The notes beneath the pieces are model-generated. The model made no database searches. It saw only the letters and a list, made by a program, of their open reading frames with translations, and was not told the origin of the DNA. The position numbers and the translations under genes are program-made. Below, in pieces: positions 27,707-37,644 of a DNA stretch of 64,000 bases. The first letter of the stretch is position 1. Every line of letters begins with the position of its first letter. The stretch is taken from NCBI GenBank assembly GCA_047947115.1, contig CP170459.1, forward strand, positions 2,848,001 through 2,912,000, in the 5' to 3' direction. The stretch is from Verrucomicrobiota bacterium. GTDB lineage: Bacteria; Verrucomicrobiota; Verrucomicrobiia; Limisphaerales; AAA164-E04.

Positions 27707-29554
27707 ATGGATTCGACGGAAGCGAAAGAACACCATGGCGCCGAGCATGACGCTGGCCATGGCCATGATCACCATGATCCCGGTTTCATGCGCAAATATA
27801 TCTTCTCCACCGATCATAAAATCATCGGTATTCAGTATGGGCTAACTTCTCTGCTGTTCATGCTAGCGGGATTCTTTCTGATCGCGGTCATGCGCTGGTC
27901 CATTGCATTCCCTGGCGAGCCATTACCGGTAATTGGGTCACTCCTGAACACGTTCATGGCCGGCATGACTTCCCCCGTTTTGGATCCAGAGACCAACGAA
28001 CTGATTGGTTACGCCATTTCGAATGACCTTTACAACTCGTTCGGGGCGATGCACGGAACGATCATGGTCTTCCTGGCTGTCGTTCCTCTGGCATTCGCCG
28101 CATTCGGAAATTATGTGGTGCCCCTGCAGATTGGAGCGATTGACATGGCCTTCCCGAGGTTGAACATGGCCAGTTATCACCTGTTCCTGCTCGGTGGGTT
28201 GGTGATGCTTGGCAGTTTTTTCATTCCCGGTGGTCCGGCGCAGGCTGGGTGGACATCTTACTCGCCGCTGGCCACGTCCATTCCGACAGACGGTCAGTTA
28301 TATTGGCTGATAGCCATGGTGATCATCATTACTTCATCTCTCCTGGGAGCGGTCAACTTCATTGCCACCATCATTCAGTTGCGTGCCCCGGGCATGACTT
28401 GGATGCGGCTACCGTTCTTCTGCTGGGCGCAGTTTGTGACCGCCTTCCTGTTGTTGCTGGCCTTCCCTCCGCTGGAGGTCGGTGCTCTATTGCAGCTGAT
28501 GGACCGCGTTGCCGGTACGAGTTTTTATCTTCCGACAGGTTTAGCGATCTCATCCATGCAAGATGTCAGCGGGGGGGGGAGTCCCTTGCTTTATCAGCAT
28601 TTGTTCTGGTTCTTGGGGCATCCGGAAGTGTACGTCTTGATTCTACCTGCCATGGGGGTTGTTTCAGAGATTATCGCCAACAACACACGTAAGCCCATAT
28701 GGGGTTACAAATCATTGGTTTACTCCACTCTGGTGCTGGGATTTCTTTCCTTCATCGTCTGGGCCCACCATATGTATTTGACGGGTATGGGAACCAAGAT
28801 CTCCACCTTCTTTCAGACCACCACGATGATCATCTCCATTCCATCGGTGATTATTCTGACATGCTTGTTCATATCGCTGTGGGGGGGATCCATCAGGTTC
28901 AACACCCCTATGCTTTTTGCCCTCGCGTTTCTTCCAATGTTTGGTATAGGCGGGCTGACTGGTTTACCACTGGGCTTCAATTACAGTGATATCCACCTGC
29001 ACGACACATACTACGTCATTGGCCACTTTCATTACGTGGTTGCTCCAGGAACCATTTTCGCTCTCATAGCGGGTATCTATTTTTGGTATCCTAAGTTAAC
29101 CGGCCGATACATGAGCGAGTTCTGGGGCAAGGTCCATTTCTGGTGTTCATTTGTGTTCATGAACCTTACCTTCCAGCCCATGTTTGCGCAGGGAATGGCA
29201 GGAATGGAGCGTCGTATGGCTGACGGTGGAGCAGGTTACTCAGTTGCCAACAATCCAGATGCCATCGGTGCTTTGGCGGATCAGTTTCTTAAGCTCAACG
29301 TCAACATCACCTTTGCGGCATATGCCTTGGGTCTATCGCAAATTCCTTTCATCATCAATTTGTTCTACAGCATCTCCAAAGGAAGGAGTGTTGAATCGGA
29401 CAACCCTTGGCAGTCCACCACTTTGGAATGGCAAACTCCAACACCTCCTCCGCATGGTAATTTTACGACGCCTCCGAAAGTTTTTGCTGGTCCATATGAA
29501 TACAGCGTCCCAGGAGCAGCTCAGGATTACAACCCCCAGAATCAGAAATCCTAA
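27707..29554 (+). CDS. ctaD: Heme-copper oxidase subunit I, type A1
   Basis: STDHKIIG, MHGTIM, WFLGHPEVY, WAHHM, HDTYYVIGHFHY, GMERR. Confidence 0.96.
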   Translation: MDSTEAKEHHGAEHDAGHGHDHHDPGFMRKYIFSTDHKIIGIQYGLTSLLFMLAGFFLIAVMRWSIAFPGEPLPVIGSLLNTFMAGMTSPVLDPETNELIGYAISNDLYNSFGAMHGTIMVFLAVVPLAFAAFGNYVVPLQIGAIDMAFPRLNMASYHLFLLGGLVMLGSFFIPGGPAQAGWTSYSPLATSIPTDGQLYWLIAMVIIITSSLLGAVNFIATIIQLRAPGMTWMRLPFFCWAQFVTAFLLLLAFPPLEVGALLQLMDRVAGTSFYLPTGLAISSMQDVSGGGSPLLYQHLFWFLGHPEVYVLILPAMGVVSEIIANNTRKPIWGYKSLVYSTLVLGFLSFIVWAHHMYLTGMGTKISTFFQTTTMIISIPSVIILTCLFISLWGGSIRFNTPMLFALAFLPMFGIGGLTGLPLGFNYSDIHLHDTYYVIGHFHYVVAPGTIFALIAGIYFWYPKLTGRYMSEFWGKVHFWCSFVFMNLTFQPMFAQGMAGMERRMADGGAGYSVANNPDAIGALADQFLKLNVNITFAAYALGLSQIPFIINLFYSISKGRSVESDNPWQSTTLEWQTPTPPPHGNFTTPPKVFAGPYEYSVPGAAQDYNPQNQKS

Positions 29555-29581
29555 CATCAACCAGAGACATTTTCAAAATTC

Positions 29582-30397
29582 ATGGAAGTTCCATACACAG
29601 TTAAGAATCGACCGGACACCGGCCTTTACAATGCCAAGATTGGCATCTGGCTGTTCCTTGCTTCGGAAGTCATGTTATTCGGGGCTCTGTTTTCCTCCTA
29701 CATTTTGTTGCGCGTGACAGCACAGGAAGGAGAGTGGCCAACAGAACTGCTGAATGTTCCCATTGGAACCGTCAACACCCTTGTGCTCATTCTCTCCAGT
29801 GTAACCGTCGTTATGGCCTGGGCATCACTGAAGCTGAACAATTTCAAGAAATTCAAATTTTATCAGGGTCTCACAGTGATATGCGCCATGATATTCGTTA
29901 TGATCAAGTCATACGAGTATCGGGACAAGTTCACACACCATGATGTGTTATTGACTAATGGCATGCGAGTGGATGGACATCTCGTTGAGGAAACGAGTGA
30001 ATACATCGTTTTGAGTCATCCCTTGGAATACCCGGCTGAAAAGGGGATCGGTTATCGTCCCACCGCGCTTCATGAAGCCAAGGAAGAAGCCAATGCTCAC
30101 GGCGGAGGACATCACCACACGGAAGACCGGAAGATCATGTTGTCGGACATTGAAAAACGAACCAATTGGGGGCCTTGGGCAAATACTTATTTTGCTATTT
30201 ACTTCACCTTGACAGGATTGCACGCGCTCCACGTTATCGGCGGAGCTTTGGTGATGGCCTATTTCTGGGGGCCCGGAAGTCGTATGTGGAAGAAAAACCC
30301 CGAACAGTTTACGAATCGTATCGAGGTATCCGGTTTGTTCTGGCATTTCGTCGATCTGGTTTGGATCTTCCTCTTCCCGATCCTTTATTTGTTGTAA
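29582..30397 (+). CDS. ctaE: Cytochrome c oxidase subunit III
   Basis: [30 protein letters not shown]. Confidence 0.93.
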   Translation: MEVPYTVKNRPDTGLYNAKIGIWLFLASEVMLFGALFSSYILLRVTAQEGEWPTELLNVPIGTVNTLVLILSSVTVVMAWASLKLNNFKKFKFYQGLTVICAMIFVMIKSYEYRDKFTHHDVLLTNGMRVDGHLVEETSEYIVLSHPLEYPAEKGIGYRPTALHEAKEEANAHGGGHHHTEDRKIMLSDIEKRTNWGPWANTYFAIYFTLTGLHALHVIGGALVMAYFWGPGSRMWKKNPEQFTNRIEVSGLFWHFVDLVWIFLFPILYLL

Positions 30398-30430
30398 ACG
30401 TGACAAACCCTTAAACATCTCAATTCTATT

Positions 30431-30748
30431 ATGAGCGGACACGGTCCTGAAGAAATCAAGAAAGCGATGAAGAAATACCTTATGGTATTTGGTATCTTGA
30501 TCGTTGGAACCATATTTACAGTCTTGGCGAGTTATATTCATTTTGACAACTTCGCCTTGACGGTTGGGCTGGCCTTGCTGATAGCCACTGTGAAAGCAAG
30601 TTTTGTTGCGTTGTATTTCATGCACTTGATTGAGGAGCGTCAGTCCATCTATCTGGTCCTTGGGTTCACGACCTTCTTTTTTGCAGGATTGATGATCCTG
30701 ACCCTATGGGCATCGGGTGACAAGCCTCTGTATTCGGTGATGCCTTAA
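30431..30748 (+). CDS. Cytochrome c oxidase subunit IV
   Basis: Three TMs; IATVKASFVALYFMHL. Confidence 0.88.
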   Translation: MSGHGPEEIKKAMKKYLMVFGILIVGTIFTVLASYIHFDNFALTVGLALLIATVKASFVALYFMHLIEERQSIYLVLGFTTFFFAGLMILTLWASGDKPLYSVMP

Positions 30749-30777
30749 CGTCCATAGCGGAGGAAATCTACACACTC

Positions 30778-30987
30778 ATGTCACTTAAAGCTTTTCACAT
30801 TATATTTGTCGCCGTTTCGACTTTGTTATTTGTTTTTTTCGGAACCTGGAGTCTAAATCAATACAGGACAGTTGACTCTAGTGAAATGAACCTCGCATAT
30901 ATTATTATTTCCTTGGCAGGACTTTGTGTATTGCCGGTGTATGGTTGGTATTTTTTGAAGAAACTCAAACACGTCAGTTTTTTATGA
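30778..30987 (+). CDS. Small two-TM hypothetical protein
   Basis: MSLKAFHIIF...YGWYFLKKLK; fills the operon gap; GGAGG upstream. Confidence 0.75.
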   Translation: MSLKAFHIIFVAVSTLLFVFFGTWSLNQYRTVDSSEMNLAYIIISLAGLCVLPVYGWYFLKKLKHVSFL

Positions 30988-31253
30988 AGCAACGTATTAA
31001 GATCGCATTATTATTGGGCCTTTTTGGTTTGGTGGCGCGTCCCGAAATATTTGCATGTGCCACCTGCTATGGAGAGAGCGATACCAATATGGCAGCCGGT
31101 ATGAGTTGGGGGATTCTCACCTTGATGGTTGTGGCTTACGGCGTGCTGCTCGGTATCCTAAGCTTCTTCGGATACTTGATATATCGAAGTCAACGTATGG
31201 CTTCCTTGATGGATCAGGAGACGACCCATCCATCCGACTCCGTGCACCCCTAA
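30984..31253 (+). CDS. Small CxxC membrane protein
   Basis: Signal-like N-terminus, ACATCYG, one TM. ATGA overlap with the upstream gene. Confidence 0.75.
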   Translation: MKQRIKIALLLGLFGLVARPEIFACATCYGESDTNMAAGMSWGILTLMVVAYGVLLGILSFFGYLIYRSQRMASLMDQETTHPSDSVHP

Positions 31254-31283
31254 TTTAATCACTGATATCATCATAAGAGACCT

Positions 31284-32072
31284 ATGTTACAAGAACTGTT
31301 CAATCTGCCAGCAAATCTGCCCGTTGTTGCCTCCGAGCACGGAGCGGATGTGGACAATTTTATCATTTATATCCATTGGTTGATGGCCGCTCTCTTTATT
31401 GGGTGGAGTAGTTACTACATTTACGTCCTCTGGAGGTTTAATGGTAAAAAGAACAAAAAAGCCGATTATCATGGAGCCCGAACACATGTTTCTTCCTACC
31501 TTGAAGTTGCTGTGGCGATCGTGGAAGTAGTCTTGTTGACAGCCTTCGCTATTCCGATGTGGGCCAAAGTGGTTGAAGAGGTGCCCAAACCGGAAGAATC
31601 AACCCAGATTCGTGTCATGGCCCAACAATTTGCATGGAACTTCATGCACCCTGGAGCCGACGACAAATTTGGTAAACAGGCCTTTGACCTAGTCTCCGAG
31701 GAAAATAAATTCGGACGAGACCTGGAAGATGAAAACGGCAAAGATGACATTTTCACCTTGAATGAGATTCATTTACCTGTGGACAAGAAAGTGGTTTTTC
31801 ACACCTCATCTCTTGATGTTATTCATTCTTTCAAAGTCATCGCAATGCGCATTTGTCAGGACACCATTCCGGGAATGAGTATCCCTGTTTGGTGTGAGCC
31901 TCAGAAAGTAGGTCGTTATCAAATTAATTGTGCTCAGCTTTGTGGGAATGGTCATACCGCAATGACCGGAGGATTCCTCAATGTTGATTCTCAGGAAGAT
32001 TACGACGCGTGGTTGGCTCAGAATACTCCTGCGGATGGAGAGGAAGGCGCGGGCGCGCTCAGTTTTGAGTAA
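31284..32072 (+). CDS. ctaC: Cytochrome c oxidase subunit II (CuA), no fused cytochrome c
   Basis: Two TMs, QQFAW, DVIHSF, DTIPG, CAQLCGNGHTAM. Confidence 0.93.
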   Translation: MLQELFNLPANLPVVASEHGADVDNFIIYIHWLMAALFIGWSSYYIYVLWRFNGKKNKKADYHGARTHVSSYLEVAVAIVEVVLLTAFAIPMWAKVVEEVPKPEESTQIRVMAQQFAWNFMHPGADDKFGKQAFDLVSEENKFGRDLEDENGKDDIFTLNEIHLPVDKKVVFHTSSLDVIHSFKVIAMRICQDTIPGMSIPVWCEPQKVGRYQINCAQLCGNGHTAMTGGFLNVDSQEDYDAWLAQNTPADGEEGAGALSFE

Positions 32073-32130
32073 CCGATTAAGCATTGGATTTTACACAGTG
32101 CATGCCATGCTGATTATCGGCTGAGATGTT

Positions 32131-32811
32131 ATGGATTCCTTAGCCGAACAACGATCAAAGGCGTATCGGAGATTGGCAGGATCAGGGTTGGTCCTGCTTA
32201 TTCTTTTTGGGGTTTATTCTCTTTCATTGAAGGTCCTGAAATCAGGAAGCCAGCGGGAACTTTCTGTTGAATCAGGTGAATCTTCAACATTGCCGGTGCT
32301 GCACACCCTGGGGTCTCTGTCTCTGACAAATCATTTGGGTGAGGCGATTGGGCTGGATGCGTTCAGGGGATCTCCCTGGTTTGCCAACATTATTTTCACT
32401 CGTTGTCCCGGGCCTTGCGCTCGCATGACCAAGCAGATGCAGACTCTGCAGTCCAAACTCTCCACGGAGCAGCAAGCAAAGTTTGCATCTATTTCAACCG
32501 ATCCTGAATTTGATACCCCTGAGGTGCTCACTCAATACGCCCGCAAATTCCATGCCGACACCTCGAGCTGGAGTTTCCTGACCGGAACCAAAGAAGAAAT
32601 TTTTCGTGTGTCGACCGAAGAATTGCTCTTGGTCCTCCTGGAAAAAGACGAGTCGGAAAGGGAATCTCCCAATGACATTTTTCTACACAGTACGTTGACT
32701 GTTTTGGTGGATCCGTTAGGGAGGATTCGGGGCAGTTATGAAATGCTTGAGGAGGGTGAGCTTGAACAGGCGATCGAGGACTTGCGCTTGCTTGAATCAG
32801 AGGTATTTTGA
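32131..32811 (+). CDS. SCO1/SenC copper chaperone
   Basis: FTRCPGPC, STDPEFDTP, LHST. Confidence 0.92.
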   Translation: MDSLAEQRSKAYRRLAGSGLVLLILFGVYSLSLKVLKSGSQRELSVESGESSTLPVLHTLGSLSLTNHLGEAIGLDAFRGSPWFANIIFTRCPGPCARMTKQMQTLQSKLSTEQQAKFASISTDPEFDTPEVLTQYARKFHADTSSWSFLTGTKEEIFRVSTEELLLVLLEKDESERESPNDIFLHSTLTVLVDPLGRIRGSYEMLEEGELEQAIEDLRLLESEVF

Positions 32812-32819
32812 GCGAAATT

Positions 32820-33269
32820 ATGGAACTACAAGATTTGCCACTAATCAATGCCGTTTTGAATTTCTGCAGCGCGATACTCCTGGCGTGCGGGTTTGTTGCC
32901 ATCAAGCGGGAGAACAAAGACCTCCACAAAAAGTGTATGGTGTGCGCCTTGATTACCTCGTCTTTATTTCTTACGTGTTATTTGATCTACCATGTCGGTA
33001 TGCAACGGGTGCATGGATCCGCTCATACCAATTTTGTGGATCCTGCCTGGTTTCGCCCTTATTATCTGGCTATCCTGGCTACGCATCTGCTGCTCGCTAT
33101 TGCGATTGTTCCTATGGTCATTCTTACAGTGCTTCACGCCGTCAAACAAAATTGGGAAAAGCATAAGCGAATCGCCAGATGGACATGGCCCTGCTGGATG
33201 TATGTGTCCGTGACCGGTGTGGTGATATATTTGCTGCTTTACCAGATTTTTCCGCAAGTGCCGGGGTGA
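32820..33269 (+). CDS. DUF420 membrane protein (oxidase assembly)
   Basis: LPLINAVLN, HKKCM, HKRIARWTWPCWMYVSVTGV. Confidence 0.88.
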   Translation: MELQDLPLINAVLNFCSAILLACGFVAIKRENKDLHKKCMVCALITSSLFLTCYLIYHVGMQRVHGSAHTNFVDPAWFRPYYLAILATHLLLAIAIVPMVILTVLHAVKQNWEKHKRIARWTWPCWMYVSVTGVVIYLLLYQIFPQVPG

Positions 33270-33355
33270 AGTTTTTCAGAGAGAATTGCCAGGATGATTC
33301 CTATGTAGCATAAGGATTCTGTCAGATCCAGAACCTCTCCTTAGGCGGCGATCCT

Positions 33356-34777
33356 CTATCCCCTCATGGGCATGATGACTGATGCGAGTAACGTGAGTGT
33401 CAAGCCTGTGATGGATATCACTGCGAGGCTGAGTGTCCAGGTTTTGAGGGTTTCTTTTTCGGTCATGCCGCTGAGTTTGCAGACTACCCAGAAACCGCTG
33501 TCGTTCATCCAAGATATCATGCCTGATCCGCTCCCAATTGCCAGGTAGATGTAGATGGGGTGGTAGGGTAGTGTGGTGCCGTCTCCGATGACGGAAGCCA
33601 TCATGCCGGTTGTGGTGATCATAGATACTGTGCCGGACCCTTGGGCTGTTTTCATCAGAGCAGCGATGAAGTAAGCCAGCAGGATGTGGCTTACGCCGAA
33701 TCGAGAGGAAAGACCCCCAATGGCGTCTCCGATGCCCACCAGTTTGATTATGGCTCCGAATGCTCCTCCTGCCGCCGTAATCATAATGATCAACCCAGCT
33801 GTTTCGAGAGGTGTTCCCATTATTGACGCAAACTGGGAACGGGTCATGGGGCGTTGTTGAATCAAGATCATCATCGCAATCAAGGTGGCTAAAAGCATAG
33901 CGATGTATTTGTTTCCGAGAAACAGGAAGAGATTGGCCCAAAGCCCCATGCCAGCAGTCAGATGGAAGGCGTCGATGATGGATGCGGTTCCAATCAGGAT
34001 TACAGGCAAGGCCACAGGAATCAGGCTTGCAGTAAAGGTTGGGAGCTGAGATTCGTTCTTCTCGTTCTCTATTTGGTGCTGTCCGTTACGCAGAGGGATG
34101 AAAGTGTGTCGGTCCACTTTTTTGGCTACCCAAAGCGCCACAACGGCAACCGCCGCTCCCAGCAAAATCCCCCCCCACATGCCGGTGGCCAGGTGGATAC
34201 TTAGTTTCTCCGCCATAAACAACGGTCCAGGTGTGGGGGGGACCAAGGTGTGTGTGATGACGGCCCCGCTGCAGATTGCCATGACATACAGGGCGTAGTG
34301 GTGTCCGGTTCGGAGGCTGAGTCCTCTGGCGAGCGGAATCAGTAGGAAGAATACGGTGTCAAAAAAGACCGGGATGCCCAGGATGAAACCGCAGATCAGG
34401 AGCGCCCAGGCTGCATGCGCTTCTCCCAGGCGGCGGATCAGGACGCGGACGATTTTGTCTGCTGCACCGCTTTCCATCATGCAGACACCTATCAGGGAGG
34501 CCAGGGCAATGACCCAGGCGATTTTCCCTGCGGTGGCACCGAATTCAGTCATCGGCTGTTCCACCGCGGTGATCCATGCATTGACATCAGATCCGTTTTC
34601 CGTTCCGAACAAGGCAAGAATGCCCACCAGCATCGCGGCCATCATCAAGGCGAGGAAGGCGTGAATGCGAAGCCATGCGATTGAAAGGACCACGGTGATG
34701 ATGCCTGCCAACAGGCACACGAATGGCCAGGTTTCCAAAGGGGGCGGAGCATTTGATTGGGCAATGATCCAGTTCAT
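33356..34777 (-). CDS. GntP family permease
   Basis: ESGAADKI, IPVFFD, HTLVPPTPGP, AQGSGTVSM, NDSGFW. Confidence 0.92.
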   Translation of the reverse strand: MNWIIAQSNAPPPLETWPFVCLLAGIITVVLSIAWLRIHAFLALMMAAMLVGILALFGTENGSDVNAWITAVEQPMTEFGATAGKIAWVIALASLIGVCMMESGAADKIVRVLIRRLGEAHAAWALLICGFILGIPVFFDTVFFLLIPLARGLSLRTGHHYALYVMAICSGAVITHTLVPPTPGPLFMAEKLSIHLATGMWGGILLGAAVAVVALWVAKKVDRHTFIPLRNGQHQIENEKNESQLPTFTASLIPVALPVILIGTASIIDAFHLTAGMGLWANLFLFLGNKYIAMLLATLIAMMILIQQRPMTRSQFASIMGTPLETAGLIIMITAAGGAFGAIIKLVGIGDAIGGLSSRFGVSHILLAYFIAALMKTAQGSGTVSMITTTGMMASVIGDGTTLPYHPIYIYLAIGSGSGMISWMNDSGFWVVCKLSGMTEKETLKTWTLSLAVISITGLTLTLLASVIMPMRG

Positions 34778-34830
34778 CAGTCCTCAGGGGATGGTGTGAG
34801 CATAGAAAATCGATCCTGCCAATCCAAGAC

Positions 34831-34860
34831 AAAAGGCCTCACCTTACGGTGACGCCTTTT
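34831..34860 (-). terminator. Rho-independent terminator downstream of the prepilin pseudogene
   Basis: Minus strand AAAAGGCGTCACC-GTAA-GGTGAGGCCTTTT. Confidence 0.65.
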
Positions 34861-34887
34861 GCGGAGAGGAATGATGTTGATCAAAGA

Positions 34888-35477
34888 TTAATTTCCCAAC
34901 CAGGCCGGGAAGTTTTTGGTGCGTTCTTGGCCGAGGCGTTGATAGGATCGATGCCAATTCATGGCCCAGATTTGTGTGGGAAAAGTTGTGGAACGTACCG
35001 AGTGATCAAAGTATGCCACGTTGGTACCCCTTCCATGACGGGCAATGGCAAAATGCATGGATTCAGCGCCGGCACCCGACCATTGACTGTTGAACGACGA
35101 AGCCTGGTCTTTGGTGGAATTTCGATGATCCGGCCCACCTCCGTGCCACATGGAATCCAGCAATAAAGGGATTTCAAAGACCGAATCCGACGCGTCAAGC
35201 GAGCCCAACCGATATTCCCGTCGCTGAACTTGCCTTCATTGTCGTCTACTTACTAATTGCCAGATGATTCCCCATTGCTTCAGGTTGGAAACAAAGTGGA
35301 TACCTTTGGCTTTGGATTTTGCCTTGGAAAGGGCTGGCAGCAGCATGCCCGCCGTGATGGCGATGATGTCAATGACCACCAACAGCTCAATCAAGGTAAA
35401 ACCGCTTCTCTAACAATTGGCTGTACGCGTGTTCCCAGCCGTTCGCTTTGTCAATACTCTGGAGTAATCAGGGTCAT
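34888..35477 (-). pseudogene. Degraded prepilin-type / H-X9-DG family gene
   Basis: Minus strand [45 protein letters not shown], with an in-frame TAG just upstream, then a frameshift and stop. Remnants [11 protein letters not shown] and RHGRGTNVAYFDHSV...W follow. Confidence 0.85.
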
Positions 35478-35585
35478 AGGCAACCGGCTCTGCATGGAAA
35501 GTAAAATTTACTCAACAATTTCATCGCAATTCCCCTTGCGCCTGTCGGGTGTCCTCAGGTATGCATGGACTGTTTATAGGAAACG

Positions 35586-36761
35586 ATGAATTATCATATC
35601 TCAGAACGTGCGGCATCTCTGGCTCCATCACTCACATTAGCCATCAGCGCCAAGGCAAAGCAGCTTAAGGCGGCAGGGCAGGATGTGATCGGGTTTGGGG
35701 CCGGGGAACCTGATTTTGACACGCCTCAGCACATCAAGGATGCAGCCATCAAGGCGCTCAATGATGGCTTCACCAAATACACCGCAGCCAGCGGGATTCC
35801 TGAGCTGAAGGATGCCATTGTTGAGAAATTTCAGCGAGACAACGGTCTGGATTACAAACCATCCCAGATTGTTGTGAGTTGCGGCGGAAAGCATTCGTGC
35901 TACAACATCATGATGGCCATCTGCAATTCGGGCGATGAAGTCATTATCCCGGCCCCGTATTGGTTGAGCTATCCGGAAATGGTGAAGTTAGCCGGAGGCA
36001 TTCCTGTGATTCTGGATACGACCGATGTCACCCAGTTCAAGGTGACTCCCGAGCAATTGCGTGATGCCATCACCGATCGCACCCGACTTTTTATTCTGAA
36101 TACCCCCAGCAATCCGACTGGATCGGTTTACACTCCCGAGGAGATCAAGGCGTTGGGCGATGTCTGTGTAGAAAAGGGAGTCATGATTTTAAGCGACGAA
36201 ATTTATGAACAATTGATCTATGGCGACGCGGTTCACAAAAGTGTGGCCTCGTTTTCTGCGGAGCATCAGGCCCACACCATTATCACTCACGGACTGGCCA
36301 AAGCCTGGTCGATGACTGGCTGGCGAATCGGTTTCCTGGCCGCGCCCGAACCCATCGCCAAGGCCATCAGTGCGCTTCAGAGTCACAGCACCAGCAATCC
36401 GACTTCGTTCGCCCAGGTTGGCGGAGTGGAAGCATTGCGTGGTTCTCAGGATCATTTGAAGGAATGGTTGCCTGAGTTCGATCGCCGCCGCCGTTATGCT
36501 CATGAGCGGTTGGAAGCCATGCCGGGTATTTCCTGTGTCAATGCTGAGGGTGCTTTTTATCTGTTTCCCAACATTTCGGGGACCGGCATGAAGTCTACCG
36601 ATTTCTGCGACAAATTGTTGGAGCAATCTCAGGTGGCAGCTGTTCCGGGGATTGCATTCGGTTCTGATGATTACATTCGCATCAGTTATGCCACGGGCAT
36701 GAGTCAGATCGAAAAGGGCATGGAGCGTATGGACGCGTTCGCACGTTCTTTGCAATCCTGA
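35586..36761 (+). CDS. PLP-dependent class I aminotransferase (aspartate aminotransferase-like)
   Basis: GAGEPDF, PSNPTG, SDEIY, AKAWSMTGWRIG, IRISYA. Confidence 0.93.
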   Translation: MNYHISERAASLAPSLTLAISAKAKQLKAAGQDVIGFGAGEPDFDTPQHIKDAAIKALNDGFTKYTAASGIPELKDAIVEKFQRDNGLDYKPSQIVVSCGGKHSCYNIMMAICNSGDEVIIPAPYWLSYPEMVKLAGGIPVILDTTDVTQFKVTPEQLRDAITDRTRLFILNTPSNPTGSVYTPEEIKALGDVCVEKGVMILSDEIYEQLIYGDAVHKSVASFSAEHQAHTIITHGLAKAWSMTGWRIGFLAAPEPIAKAISALQSHSTSNPTSFAQVGGVEALRGSQDHLKEWLPEFDRRRRYAHERLEAMPGISCVNAEGAFYLFPNISGTGMKSTDFCDKLLEQSQVAAVPGIAFGSDDYIRISYATGMSQIEKGMERMDAFARSLQS

Positions 36762-36789
36762 TCGGCATCGATTCTGCTTTTCCCCGGGC

Positions 36790-37536
36790 ATGGATGTTTC
36801 ACGACGCTTGTTTGTACGGACATTTTTGTTGAACACCGCCTGGATGGCTGGATTGGGTGGCACCCAACGGTTGCGTCTTGCGGGTGAACTGGTTCCAAGT
36901 CCGGATGATAACCGTGGTGTGTTGAATATTCATCCTGAGGATTATCCTGCTCTGGCAGAATCAGGCGGGTCCGTGAGGCTTGGATTTAATCCGGTTCGAT
37001 CCAATCACCTTCCGGACGGAACCTTGCACCCCATCCTGATCAACCGGCTTGAAAGCGGGGGACTCATCGTGCTGAATGCCGAATGCCCTCATGCATCTTG
37101 TGCGGTCCGGACGCTTAGTCAATCGTCCAACACGCACACATGTCCTTGTCATGCTTCCCGGTTTGGGGTGGATGGCAGGCGAATCAGTGGACCGGCGCCC
37201 TTTGGACTGGAGGTGTTGGAGTCTGAGATTTGTCCGGATGGATCTCTGGACATACTGGTGCCCCGGCTTAAGTTTTCGATTGCCAGCAAGGTGTTGGATC
37301 TTGGGATTTTCAAACGGATCAAGATTGATTTTCCGGCGCGTCGGAAAGTTTCCTATCAGGTGGTTTTCAAATCCGAGACGGCTGATGACTGGCAAATTGT
37401 TCCCTTTGCCACAAGTGAAGGGGCGGCGCTTTCTCAGTCCGTGTTTCCTGGAGAGGGCCTTTTAACATCCTTGTTTGTCGATGTTCCAAAAGATCAGGGG
37501 ATTTTTGCCGTGCAAATCCTCCAGGAAGAGGTTTAG
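36790..37536 (+). CDS. Tat-exported Rieske [2Fe-2S] protein
   Basis: SRRLFV leader; CPHASC and CPCHASRF; GPAP. Confidence 0.88.
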   Translation: MDVSRRLFVRTFLLNTAWMAGLGGTQRLRLAGELVPSPDDNRGVLNIHPEDYPALAESGGSVRLGFNPVRSNHLPDGTLHPILINRLESGGLIVLNAECPHASCAVRTLSQSSNTHTCPCHASRFGVDGRRISGPAPFGLEVLESEICPDGSLDILVPRLKFSIASKVLDLGIFKRIKIDFPARRKVSYQVVFKSETADDWQIVPFATSEGAALSQSVFPGEGLLTSLFVDVPKDQGIFAVQILQEEV

Positions 37537-37644
37537 TAAGGTTTGTTGCCTTAAATGCCTTCAGTATTTGATTCGCTTTTCATTTCTCGTGCCTGTCGGG
37601 ATTGCTTGAATCAGGAATTGGGGTAGCCGGAGGGGAAGTGTTGT

